The position numbers and the translations under genes were made by a program. The notes beneath the pieces are model-generated. The model did not search any database. It worked only from the letters and a program-made list of their open reading frames with translations, and had not been told where the DNA came from. DNA of 59,869 bases, the filler included, from Sphacelaria rigidula (taxonomy: Eukaryota): NCBI GenBank assembly GCA_964200075.2. It is 4 parts of 4 records of this genome, joined end to end, with 100 filler letters (N's around TTAATTAATTAA, not from the genome) between each part and the next. Parts side by side here need not be neighbours in the genome. Positions count along the whole stretch, not along the records: positions 14,995 to 29,888 come from CAXNAA020002001.1; positions 29,989 to 44,879 come from CAXNAA020002002.1; 2 more parts are not named here. One strand, given 5' to 3'. Shown piece by piece: positions 25,679-37,800 of the stretch; the first letter of the stretch is position 1; each line of letters opens with the position of its first letter.

Positions 25679-26148
25679 ACACGGCATCTTACAAATTGGG
25701 GATGGATCTTTTATTGGGGATGATAAACCCGGAGAAGTAAAATCTTCGTATACACACCAAATCTTCGAAATAAGGTTCCATTTCTTCACCTACTGATAGC
25801 TCTTAACAACTGCTACACATCATAGTGATTTGGATTTCGATCACCCAAATGTTGGGGTCCTAGGTGAAAAACTGATTTCGGAACCATTTTGGCGTCCGTT
25901 CGGACACCCGAAATTCCCCACATTTGGTTTTTCACCCAAGACCCCAACATGTCGGTGATCGAAATCCGAATATTTATGGCGTGTAGTAGTTGTCAATAGC
26001 TATCAGTAGGTGAAGAAATGGATCCATATTTCGAAGATTTGGTGTGGCTATGAATATTTTAATTCTCCGGGTTTATCATCCCCAATACAGTAAAAGGTCC
26101 ATCCCCAATACAGTAAAAGATCCATCCCCAATTTGTAAGATGCCGTGT
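25679..26148. mobile_element. Tourist/PIF-Harbinger-like foldback MITE
   Basis: TAA|ACACGGCATCTTACAAATTGGGGATGGATC ... GATCCATCCCCAATTTGTAAGATGCCGTGT|TAA. The arms pair over about 190 bp and the TAA duplication is intact. Confidence 0.85.
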
Positions 26149-26641
26149 TAATAAGGCGCACTGCTGTGCATCAACAAGATAAACGTAACTGTATGGTCGC
26201 ATCAGGACTTACTTACCGGTACAGGGTTATCAAAATCAGACTAGAACACTTTTTGTCCGAGCGAAGCGTATTACCTGTTTGTCACGGGCCATCTGTTCTC
26301 GTGAGTGGAAGCGTTCGTCTCACTATTGGTCTCACTCCGCATGTACGTGGCGGTGGGCGAATATGGCCGATCAATGCCCGCGCAGTATTATGGGGCGAAG
26401 TCAAGTGACTGTAGTGAAGAGAGGAATGTTGCAAACAAAAAAAACTCACTTTTGCTGTGTTAGTTATGCCTGCATGACCTCTGATGCCGGTATGAAAAAA
26501 TGGTCGGTGAAGCAACTTCTGTCTGCACCCAACGCACATTTTATGGTTGGTTGTAATTCAGCACTCCGTGACACCTATATATACCTATCTCATATAGTAG
26601 TGAATGGCACCGTCCGTTCCCGTGCCCATCCACCCCGACAA

Positions 26642-26827
26642 TCGTGGGCGGGATCAGGTACCCAACAAGATTTTCATCAACCGCAGGCTGTAATACGCCC
26701 AACCATCGTTCCGCAGAGAGAGAAACGGGAAAGTGGTGCACGGGTTTCCTACTGATTGGAATATATGTTATGGTGAATGAATCTGATTCGTCGACAAATC
26801 TTGGTGGACGTCTGACGCCACCCACGA
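26642..26827. mobile_element. Small MITE-like inverted-repeat element
   Basis: TCGTGGGCGGGATCAGGTACCCAACAAGATTT pairs imperfectly with AAATCTTGGTGGACGTCTGACGCCACCCACGA. Confidence 0.45.
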
Positions 26828-27372
26828 AGATTGAGGAGGCAAAGTGCGTGGCGCGATTCGTCACGGACTGACGACACCATCCGCCTTTATTGTTTTCTCC
26901 CTGGTTTCTCTTCACCTTGACTCATTGTCATTGCTTTTATTCTTGGTTTGGTTTGTTTTAGTCTGTCTGGTTTTTATTTTGTTTCGCCCTATCCTGTTCT
27001 GGCCTGTTTTGTGGGTTCCGTTTCTCGTCATGCAATCTCGTTTTTTTGGTCCTACCCTCGCTCGGCCCTGGTCGCGTCGTCTTCCCGTGCCGCACCTCGC
27101 CCTATCCCGACTTGTATGGCGAACTACACCATTTCCCTACTTTGGTCTTTTTGGCCTCCCATGGCCCACGCAACGTGTAGCCGACGACCCTTTCTTATTT
27201 TAATTTGCCATTTCGAGCCGTACGTATATTTTTGTGAATTTATTTTGTGGTTCGTTGACGTCTGGGTGAAACCTCACTCTCCCGGGCACCGTGCGATTCG
27301 GTTCGTTGATGTATTATTTTTTATTTTTGTATATCTCTACCATGGCTCTGTGACCACGGAACAACAGCAATA

Positions 27373-27407
<35 letters not shown>

Positions 27408-27408
27408 A
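27373..27408. repeat. (ACG)n microsatellite
   Basis: About 11-12 perfect ACG units. Confidence 0.95.
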
Positions 27409-27871
27409 ACTTAGTACTATATTAGGGGAAGCATCGAGTGCCACCGAGTGCTCCATTACAACCAACAACAGACGTGTGTTGGGTGCAAAGAGAAACTGCT
27501 TCGCGGACCATTTTTTCAAAAATACCATCATCAGCTGTGAGGGAGTCGTGACCAACACGGCAAAACCGAGGCATTGTTTGTAGCGTTCCTCGATTCATCA
27601 CAGTCACCTAACTTCGCGGTATCTACTGCTTGGCCATTCGCCATTGGTGCACGCGACCACCACACGCAGATTGAGACCAACAAAGAGACGAACGCTACCA
27701 CGCACAAGAACAGATGGCTCATGACGAAACCGAAGCAGAACTTTCAGATGTTCTGTAAGCAAGCACTTTCTTGAGGATGAATCTGGGAATCTGACCCAGT
27801 TGTGGATATTGTTCATTTTTACCTGTATCTCATGGCGTCCCCTTCTTTATTATGGTCTTACGACATAGTTT

Positions 27872-28270
27872 AGCCTGCCGGTCGACTGGCACACAACGTG
27901 GCAAAACTAGTGTTATCCATGCTCGACACTTGCAAGAAGCAAGACGCAGCGCGTGAAAAATACTTCATGTACAGTGTACACACGATTGAGAAGCGGAAAT
28001 GTCAGGTATCCTGTAAGCAACTATTTATTTCGAGATTATGCAGCAAATCCGACCGAGCTGTGGAGATTGTTAATACCCCAAGTAATTAGGTCTTCGTAGT
28101 CTGTAAGCCAAATTTACCTCCATCCTCGTTTACTCCTACTAGGGTGGCAGGACATAGTCCGCCTTCCCGGTCGACCGGCACACAGGGCGTGCCAAACTAG
28201 TGCTGTCCGCGCTCGACGTTCCGTAAGACCCACTACGTGAGAACACTCGACGCACAGTGTACACCCGACT
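27872..28270 (+). repeat. Diverged direct repeat pair (about 27872-27985 and 28161-28270)
   Basis: CCGGTCGAC(T/C)GGCACACA...GTG.CAAACTAGTG.T.TCC..GCTCGAC...ACAGTGTACAC occurs twice about 290 bp apart. Confidence 0.6.
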
Positions 28271-29230
28271 ATTATACTCGAAAAAATCCTGATTGAGGCA
28301 CACGGGGAAAAACAACGAGCCATGAGCAATTGCTGTGAAGAGAAACCTCGGAAAATTCTCGTGCAATGAAATGCGACAATTACAGTGATAGTGGCATCGA
28401 TCGGCAAGACATGAATGAAGACCTCCGTCGGACCACCGGTTCTAGAGTTCCACGTAATGGGTATTTCGATTTGGTATCCATCCCGTGTCATCATGATTCT
28501 ACACGTAAAAAAAACAAGGCAAACCGTAAACGCCGTGAGCAGCCCAATCGTAGACACGGAACGGTGTGTGTGTACAAGCATGCAGAAGAGTACAGTATCA
28601 GTTTGCTTGTCGTTATTTAACATCAAAAACGGCTTGGAGCGGGGATGTGGTTGAGACGTCTAGTCTCGTCATGATCGCACCGGTGTTACGGCTGCGCAGT
28701 GCTAAGCTCTGACATTCGCAGCACCAACACATGTGCGGTCAGAACTACAATAGTAGTCACGTCGCCGATATCGTACGCTATTCTCGCAAATCAGGCACGA
28801 CGACAAGGCCCCCGTCTTTATGGGCGTCCACACGCATTCCATCGTTATGACTGGCACCGGAACGGCCATCTTATTTCGCATGTTTAAAGACTAATCCGAG
28901 CGGTTGGTGGTATGCCCTTTCACGGCAACCTTTCAAAAAATGAGACGAAACTCCAATAACTTCATCGAACGCACGACGATGACGATGAGTTGCCACACCG
29001 ACCCCGATAGCACGCTGAACCCTTATGCATTGCGACCGATGCGACCACGTCGGCTCTCACGGCACACGTTTTACGCCGATCTATTTGCTACAACCCGGCA
29101 CCACATCACACTTGTGGTGCCTACCTCCAGAGAGGAAAGATTGACCAGCGGGCGGGGGATGGGTTGGTACCCTTGAAATACGTGGCCAATCTGCTTTTGG
29201 GGTTCGATGTCTGGAGCTTACTGCGAGCCT

Positions 29231-29590
29231 GTCGCCCCCGTGGCTCAGTTGGTAACCTCGAAAACCTCTTGACGGTTGGGTCGTGGGTTCGAATCTCGGT
29301 GCAGTCACACGATCTGGGATTCTTTCTCATACAATGCCCAACAGTGGAGAACGGGTATATCGTGGGTACACAGAATTCGACGCCACGGTAGACGAGGGGA
29401 AGGGGTCGTTGAACCCTTCTCGCGAAAAAAACAAGGCAAGCACCGCAGAAGGAAGGTGGAGTGCTAAAACAAAAGAAATAAGGAAAACACTCCTCCTGTG
29501 TTGGCCTTCCTCCTGTGTGACCCCCACTGATGCGCTCACATAATATACCGAGAGGTGTAGACTGGCTTCCAGAATAGATGAGATGACAAC
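29231..29590 (+). mobile_element. tRNA-derived SINE, near full length
   Basis: A-box TGGCTCAGTTGG and B-box GGTTCGAATCTC, then a ~270-bp body shared with 58162-58535 and 6215-6460, ending GTGTAGAC...TCCAGAATAGATG. Confidence 0.85.
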
Positions 29591-29888
29591 GTACACACAC
29601 AACAGAAGTTCGACCACAACATCAGCAGTATGAGTGCAATCCCGGTAGATTAATGTATGTGTGTATGTTGTCTGAGAAGTGTCCAATATCCATCGTTGTA
29701 AACAAGGGGAAGTGAATAGCAAACAATTTGTTTGACGCGAGTCGCCGCAATAATGGAGCATTGACCCAACCTGTGGCACCAAAATGTAGGACGTGTACAG
29801 GGGGGGGGGGGGGGGGGGTTTTATTTTTTTTTTTTTTGTATAATTCTAGTGAGCGGACAGCGATCCTTTCCTGGGGGGCACAATTGCA

Positions 29889-29988
29889 NNNNNNNNNNNN
29901 NNNNNNNNNNNNNNNNNNNNNNNNNNNNNNNNTTAATTAATTAANNNNNNNNNNNNNNNNNNNNNNNNNNNNNNNNNNNNNNNNNNNN
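29889..29988. other. Artificial scaffold-joining spacer
   Basis: N44-TTAATTAATTAA-N44. Confidence 0.98.
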
Positions 29989-30600
29989 GGGGCGGCGGGT
30001 CCCCTCGTCTTCACCCATGCGTGTGGGGGGGGGGGGGGGGGGGGGGGGGGTGCACGGCACACACACGCACAGCATCACAGCTCACTCACGCACATGCGCA
30101 GACGAACCACCAGCAGCTAGCGGCAAAAGCAGCAGCAGTAACGTAGCACGGAGACCTCGCACACGCTTGGCAGGCAGCCGACCCAGCTGCTTTTGCGTGC
30201 GCAGATCGGTTGTTTTTGGAAAAAATGTATGCTCGGCAGACAGTACAGCCTTACACTACCGCACAACATTGTTCCCTGCACAGACACTATTAATGTACGG
30301 TGCAGTACATACAGTACGGTGGTACAGACACTACTACCCGTTACGATGAATTTCACTTACCGTAGCATCCGTTGTGCTGAAAGCGGTGAACATGAGTAAG
30401 TTTTACCGTCAGCATAGATGGTTTGCTCGTACCGCCGTGCAACGAGTTTTTAAGAATGCCATTGTCCCCCGCTGTCGTGTTTTTTCCAAACACGCCAGTC
30501 CCCCCCCACACCTACAAATGTGCACTGGCCTTGAAATCAAGACACCTGTCTGTATATCAAAAACATACTTGTAATTGCATGCGTACTCCTTAAAAAAAGG

Positions 30601-30872
30601 CACACGTCGGACAGATCATGATTTGTCTGAAACAAAAATCAAAGGGGACTCTCGAATCCGTTGGTCCAAAAACACAAAATATGCGACCGCGGAGTCAGGA
30701 TCGCCAAAGCTCAAACTTTGTGGTACTTGGCGTGCTCGGCGTCCGGTGCTGTAAGGAGCTGAAACATGGAAAGGGGGGGGCCAACTGATCCGGATCGTGA
30801 TCCGGGTCAGTATTCTGAGAAGAAGTAATTTTTAGACAGATCATGATCTGTCCATGATCTATCCGACGTGTG
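30601..30872. mobile_element. MITE with CACACGTCGGA(C/T)AGATCATG terminal inverted repeats
   Basis: CACACGTCGGACAGATCATG ... CATGATCTATCCGACGTGTG with internal GATC-rich subrepeats. The 8-bp flanks AAAAAAGG and AACAAAAG match at 6/8. Confidence 0.8.
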
Positions 30873-30944
30873 AACAAAAGTAAGTCATCCCCACATCTCT
30901 ACTCATGGCAGAACGATCTGCGTCTTTTCACCGGCGAAGCGATC

Positions 30945-30977
<33 letters not shown>

Positions 30978-31845
30978 AAAAACAAAGGCACAGTCAAAAA
31001 AACATACGACGAAAAAAAAGAGGAAGTCCCCCCCCCCGCCCAAAAAAAAAAAANNNNNNNNNNCCCCCGCCCCATCACCTCGCCTAACCTCTCCCGCCCT
31101 CTCCCCGCCGAAGCAACCACCCCCCCCCCCCCCCTAGCCGTCTCAAAATAAATGCGAGGTCAATGTTCAAATGACTGAGGCAAGCAATAAGTGAGTACTC
31201 CCCGCCGCCCGCAAAAATATAAATAAGGGCAGAGGCAACGGCGAACACATTCCGTGTGCTGTGTGTGTGTACTGCACCGTAGAGTCATACTGTATTTGTT
31301 GAGGGCAATGCTGTGCGATAGTGTCCTACTCTCTTAGGGATATATATTCGCCAAAAACAATCAATATGTGCACACAAAGGTAGCTGGGTCGGCTGCCTGC
31401 AAGCGTGCAAGCTATGTGCCGGCTCTGTGTGCGCGTGTGGATCCAAAAATGGTGTCGATTGGACCGGCGGGTATGCACAAATATACTGTTGAGTTGGTTC
31501 TATTCTGCCGGCAAGTTGTGTTGATCTTCTTGCACAGGTAGAAATATGCCGGCTGCAGCTATTGTGATCCACATTTGCTGTTGACCTTTTTCTGTATTCA
31601 ATGCGTTAGCATAAAATACTGTCAAGTTCGAGTTCAGGTATTCGCTATCTGAGCGCTAGAAGAGCATGCAAACGAATTAAAAAACGCTCAAACATGCGTC
31701 GTTTTCCATGGGTATATGTGCGACAGACACGGGTGCGGCGAATGATTCTATGTAGTTCACATTGCCTCCGCATTTTGTATCACCGGTCATTGGTCACTGT
31801 CGGTTGTACCCCGCAAACGTGCGCCCATTCGCTTTTTTATTCCAG

Positions 31846-34800
31846 AACTCTCCATGCTGCTTAATCCCGGACGCCCTCCAGTAGAAGCCAAAACTCGAAA
31901 GTCACCACCCGGCAGCGGTGGTTTCGCGGGACTTGTTCGACACGTTGTCGAGCTCTGCGCGGTGGGCGAGCTGCCCATTACCCTGGGCGCAGGAGAAGCG
32001 GAAGAAGGGAGAAACGATGCTCCCATCGGGTGTGCCATTGAGTATTCGCTACCAGCTTTCGGACATGTGAGTGAGCATAACGTCCGGCGAGTCGAGAGGG
32101 GCGTAGCCGGGGGGTGCGGTTGACATTACGGCCGATTTGGAAATGTATTTTCAAGGGCTTATCCCCCGTGGGTGTGCTTGTTTTAAGGTGTCATCGCGAC
32201 AAGTCCAAATATGTCGTACTTAGCACCACTGTATTCCCGGACCAGAGGAGCTGTGAGCCGATTTCGTTAATGAAGATGCAAACATACAACAGCGGGGGAC
32301 GACGGGACGAAGCGGTCACGTCTGCAGCAGCATCAGTCACTCGAAAATGATTTCCCCATCATCAGTACTACACCGCCATGACGTTCTCATCTCTTGCGAC
32401 TATTTCCGTACCAGAATGCACACATATCTTGTACACAGCGCCGCAAGAGCAAGTCGTGCTGGCCCTGTATGCAACGCAGTAACGTGCGCTCTCTTTTCTG
32501 GAATGCAAAACTTTGTGCTGTGAAACATCGCGCTCATAAATAAGGACAGGCCAGCCTTGGCGTACAAGTCGAGGAGCCACGCAGCCGCTCCGACAGTGCA
32601 GCCGCCGTCAACCATCACCACGAACTGTGGTGGGATGCCGACAGCGGCATCCTGAACAGCCGCGCGCGCCACTCCATCAAGGTACCCGGGGGAATGCTCG
32701 ACTCCGGGTACAACCCCGAAAGCTCCCGGCAGAGCTTGGATGACTGTACTGGGTCCCCCCAAACCGAATCGTTGAATCGCCTCCTGGACTGCATGTTCGG
32801 AAAGGGTGACCTCCAATTCTCGTTGTTCTGGAACGCCGGAGACACTGGGAGCACGGCGGGGCAACGAAAACAACCACAGCAGCCTTCATGGGATATCACA
32901 GCCGCTGCGTTGACACAAGAAGAGACGTCGTTAGAGGACTCGCATAAAAGCCAGAGGCAAAAGCGGCGCTTCATGGGAACGGCGTGGCTCCGACGAGTGG
33001 ATATGTTGCCGCTTGTTCGACGTACGTCTGGGCGCGCGGTTCTCAGCCTTCCGATCGAGCCACCGTCTAGATCGGTGGAAGAGAGCCGTAGTTTGGACTG
33101 CAGTGATGGCGGCGATGATGGTGATGATATATCGTCCGTTTTATCCGCGCCCGTGACTGTCCCGTTGTCTATATCGTACCGACGAGAACCGTCGGCCGTC
33201 GCAAGGCGAAAGTCTCGCGGTTGGAGCGGTGGTCGGCACAAGACGAATGAAAAGGGAGACACACAGGTGGAACACGATATAGGCAGCGGCGGGGTGGGGC
33301 ATGGAGGCGGCGGTGGCGGTGGCGGTGACCGAAGGAAGAGGGGGGAGCGCGAGCTTCTCCAGGATGTCGACGAGCTTTTCCGAGATTCTAAGGACGATGT
33401 CATCCTGGGTGACGACTGCCACACCGCAGATGGTCTGGAAGCCGATTTAGGTGTTGGCCTACACAGAGCAGACGGAGAAGGCGCCATCAAACATCCGGCG
33501 GCAAGTGAATCCGGCGAGGATGCACACCTTCAGGGGGGCTCTCGGGGCGCGGGGGACGGGAGGGCTTATCAGAGCGAGAATTTTGGGGCAGGTGACTCCC
33601 TGGACTCGAGGAGTGATGCCAATGTCAGCAGCAGCAGCAGCAGCAGTAGCAGCAGTGGAAGCAGCTGTGCCTTGGTGCACCGATCATCCAAAACCGAGCA
33701 TCTCCTTCCTGCACATACGACTGTCTGTGTCTGCGTCGACACGCTCGACTGGATGCCTTTGTTGGGTGAAAGTGCTGTTGCTGCCGCAGAGAGCAAAAAC
33801 AGCGTCGATGATGAAGATGATGGAGATGATGAAGATGATGATGACTCCCTGGCCTACTGGGCGAGCTTTACTTTTCCGTCTTCACATAGCTGGGAAAACA
33901 AGAGGGACGAGGCCGGGCATGGGAAGGCTTGGGGAGGGGACTATGGTCGGAATGGACGGGATGAACGGAAGTACTGGTCCCGGGCAGTGTCGGCCGTGAA
34001 GCCAGGCGACGTGCGTCACGTGACGTTGGGGTGGTGTGTCGAGGTGAATGGTTTTGGGGAGTTTTGAGCTCGCGAGGAATTGGTTGGAGCGGTTGATGGT
34101 TCTCCTGGGCCGGTAGTGATGATACATCTCACGTGCTGGATCTCTTCTTGACCCGCCCTGTCATACTGCTTCCTATGTTCCGTACTTGATTGACCTCTGA
34201 GCCCAGTAACACAGGAGTGAGTACTTGATGGTTAGTGCCTGCGTTGTTGTGACGTGTTCTCATCACTCAACGTTCGGCTTGCTCTGATATCAAATAAGAT
34301 AGGATGGGAGAACAATGACACGATCACCACGTTCGGAGAAGAAAATTGACCCTCCTCGAAGGTTTTCCGCTTCTGCTTGTTCGGCCCGTACAGTGTTTCA
34401 CCCTACTTGTCAGTCTTATTGCTTTCCATATCGCGCTAAGCTTGCTCCGAACGCACCTTTGTCCTCCTCCCTCCGCCGCTTATTGTCCCAATACCCGCCA
34501 CCTCCCCCGGGCAAAGATACCGGTCACCATCGACGCAGCCTTCGTACGCTTCGTGCACACCCAGTCTCTGGCTGTTCAAATATGGCGTGGTCGGGCACGC
34601 GCATGGCCGCGAGGTGGTCTATGCGCCGGTGTGGCCCGAGTCGAGCTCCGCTCGCTGCTGATCACACTTGGCGGCGTTGGCGGTAACGTCAGCATCACCT
34701 CGCCCCCGGGCAATGGTGATGGTCTTGCGACGGGCAGCATTGCAGTCCGGCTTTTCTTCAAGCACCGCGGTTTGGGCTCAAGCGGCGAGGCGCCCAATGA

Positions 34801-37800
34801 TTTGGGGCACGAAAATACGGTCTCGGAACAAGAGCGGTTGCCACTACAGCGGAGAGAGTTGCAGACCGAGAAGTTTGGAGGAAAGCAGGGACTACTATTG
34901 GAAGCAGGGGCAGGCGGGCAGTCGGCTGAGGAGAAGGGAGCTAGTAGGATTACCCTAGATTCTGGTCGCACCGATCTCGGAACTGTTTTCCACACAGAAA
35001 ATGTCATGGGTCATTCTGGCACTGTCACCGATGGACGTACCGACTCCATTACTTGCTCAGACACCGCTGCCCCACGCGCCGAAGGACGTTTATCTCTTGC
35101 GTCCATGGAGTTTCCTGTACGAGGTCCGGTGGAAGTGGTGCCGGCGGGAGCTGCAGCTGAGTCCAGAACCACGTGGACATTGAGGCAAGCAGAGGTGACA
35201 CCGCTGTTGCAGCGTCCGGGCTCCATGCCAACAGGCGGCGGCAGAGACGGGGGAGAGCTGCGGGTGGTGGTTGAGCGTGCGATGCGGCTGCCTTTGTTGC
35301 CTTCCTCTGGAATTCAGAGGGGCGGCGCCGTGTATGGGCCTACTGCTGAAAGTTTGCCGTCGACGTATGTGACCTTCAGGTGGGAGGAGGGAGGGAAGCC
35401 GCCCGTGCGTTCTCCTTTTGTTTCGTGTTCTGATGGAGAGGTCGCATGCACTGGAGGACCCGATGCGGCGAGCAACGGAAGTGAAGCTTGGCCAGTGAGT
35501 ACTGCATGTTCTTATATTTCTACTCTCCCTCGCTATTCATCTGTCCTCGTTATATTTAGCTTTTTCTAGTGTTGAAAATCTTGCTTTTCTTATGCCTTGG
35601 AGAACTTTCATAATTAATCGTTTCGCCTTGCTGGCGAGGACGCTTTCATGGAATACGATCTTGTCACGTGGGTGTTTTTAATTTTAACGTGGAGTCGTGA
35701 GTTTTCGTTCTTTCACGGCACGTCAATTTAACAGCCGACCATTTCCTGTCTGTACTTTCTGTCACTCCTACACATCATGCACGTGATGCCTTCACGATCC
35801 TCTTTGACGCATACACACAAGCGGATTCCCCCCCCCTTGATTATTTGGCGTTACGAGCAGGCTACAGAAGCACCCACTCGTCTACTCTACCAGAACTTTG
35901 CAAGGGCGTGTTGGGTAGGATATACCCGATACCCGGATATTTTGAAAACTCGCACTCTTAGTACTCGAATATTTGGGTAGGGAATTGAGATCGTTCCGAA
36001 TCTACCCAAAATTAGGGTCGAGTATTAGAGATCGTGCCCAAAGTACCCGAATTTTGGCAAGAGTATCAACGTCATACCCAAGTTGTACATGCTCTATACC
36101 CGTGTATTGTTGAGACTACTTCGATACTCGTCAAATATTTGGGTAGAGCATTCGAGTTTGTACCCAAATTACCCGGGATTTGGGTAGATTAATGAGATCA
36201 TGCCCAAGTGATACTGTATACCGGGGCATCTCTGAGAGTACTCACCCAAAACTTGGGTAAAATATTTGAGTCTGTACCTCATCTTCCCAAGTTTTGGGTG
36301 GAGGAGGGGTAGTCATGAAATTGGTCCATCTGTTGGTGTGAGGTCGTACCCAATCTACCCAAATTTTGGGTAGAGCATTTGAGGCCCTACCCAATATACC
36401 GCAACTTCGGGTAGGGTCAGTACCTGGGTATTTTACCCGATTGTTTACAGGTATGTACTCTACCTTGCATGTCTGGGCATAACTTGCATTTGCATCCAAG
36501 GTTTGGGAAATCCCGTATTCGTGCATCTAATGTTCCCACATCTACAATCAACTCCGTCTATCTTTGTTTGATTTCTATAAATCTCACAAGTATACGTTCT
36601 AGACACTGCGAACTACCGAAGTAACAGAAGATGCAGTCAGTATGCTGTAGGACAGGACAGGACAACACAGAAGTACGGACAATTCAATGTGTCAGTACAC
36701 TTCCCAGCAGTTTGTACACAGCGCAGTAGATTACCCGTTACGGGGTCAAGAGCAGCTCTCGTTGTCGTATTTTCCCTCCGGTTCACGACTACACGTGTTG
36801 AGACACCACACGCTACCGGGACCAGAGTAGACAGCATTGCAGTCATGTACAACACGACAGGGTACAAGAAGTACAAGCAGAATACAACATATACGCGAGA
36901 TTGATCTCACTACGCCCTACTGTTGTATTCTTGTACAGACATCACGTTGTCCTGTACTGTATTATGCTTTCTGCGCTGTGTAGTAGTCTCGGTAGCGTGG
37001 TCCGCAGTGTCGCTCATTTTTTACTTCCTCTACCCGTCAATTATTCACGCCAGAAGGTGGTGGGCGCTCTGTGCTGTACAACCGAAATCTGGCCACAGTT
37101 CGGAGTTATCATGTGCAGGGCGATGAAACTACCAAGGGCAGGTCAAGTAGAGTATAATCAATACTCAGTATTTTCGAAGAGTCATACTTTAAGTACTCAG
37201 ATTTAGAGTAGAGTATTTCAGGTCGTACTCAGTCTACCCAAAATTTGAGTAGTGTAATGAGGTCATACCCAAGTGATACTCTATGCTCGAGTATTACTGA
37301 AAGTGCTTACTCAATATTTGAGTAGAGTATCGGAGGTCGTACTCGATCTTTTCAAAAATTTGATTCGGGTATTCGAGGCCGTACTCAGCCCCAAAATTCG
37401 AGTAGAGTATTCGAGACCGTTCTCGATCTACTCAGAATTTGAGTAGAGTATTTGGGGTCATACTCAATCTGCCCAACATTTTAGTCGATTTTTTGAGGTC
37501 ATACCCAATCTACCCGAAAGTTGAGTAGGGAATCTGAGGCCGGACCCGATTTACCAAAACCTTGGGTACAACTTTCACTTCGAGTATTCAAGTTCGCACG
37601 CAAGATACTCAAACTCGGGTACAGTAAATACCGACGTATTCCCAGAGTCCCCACCCATGATTGGTGCTGATTCCAGATCAACTTCAGCATACATTCGGAT
37701 ACAGTGTAATCGAGAAAGCATTTGGATCAAAACCAAATGGGCCGCCTCTACGGCGTGGACCGCCGGAGTCTCTTTTGGGGTCAGGTCTATCACTCCTGAC

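Larger units (their letters stand above)
26281..27725. repeat. Diverged ~320-bp inverted repeat pair (26281-26600 and 27410-27725)
   Basis: GCCATCTGTTCT...AGCGTTCGTCTC...GTGACTGT...GAAAAAATGGTC...TGCACCCAAC...GTTGGTTGTAAT is forward in the first arm and reverse-complemented in the second. Confidence 0.75.

Noticed and set aside
29231-29305. Possible tRNA gene (also 58460-58535 and 5527-5572)
   Set aside because: It has A and B boxes but no convincing acceptor or anticodon stems, and it is fused to a shared downstream body, so it is a SINE head.
32615-33490. Long antisense or alternate-frame ORFs (for example 32615-33490, 17099-17773, 18367-18987, 52505-53104)
   Set aside because: They are shadows of GC-rich real exons and have no independent motifs.
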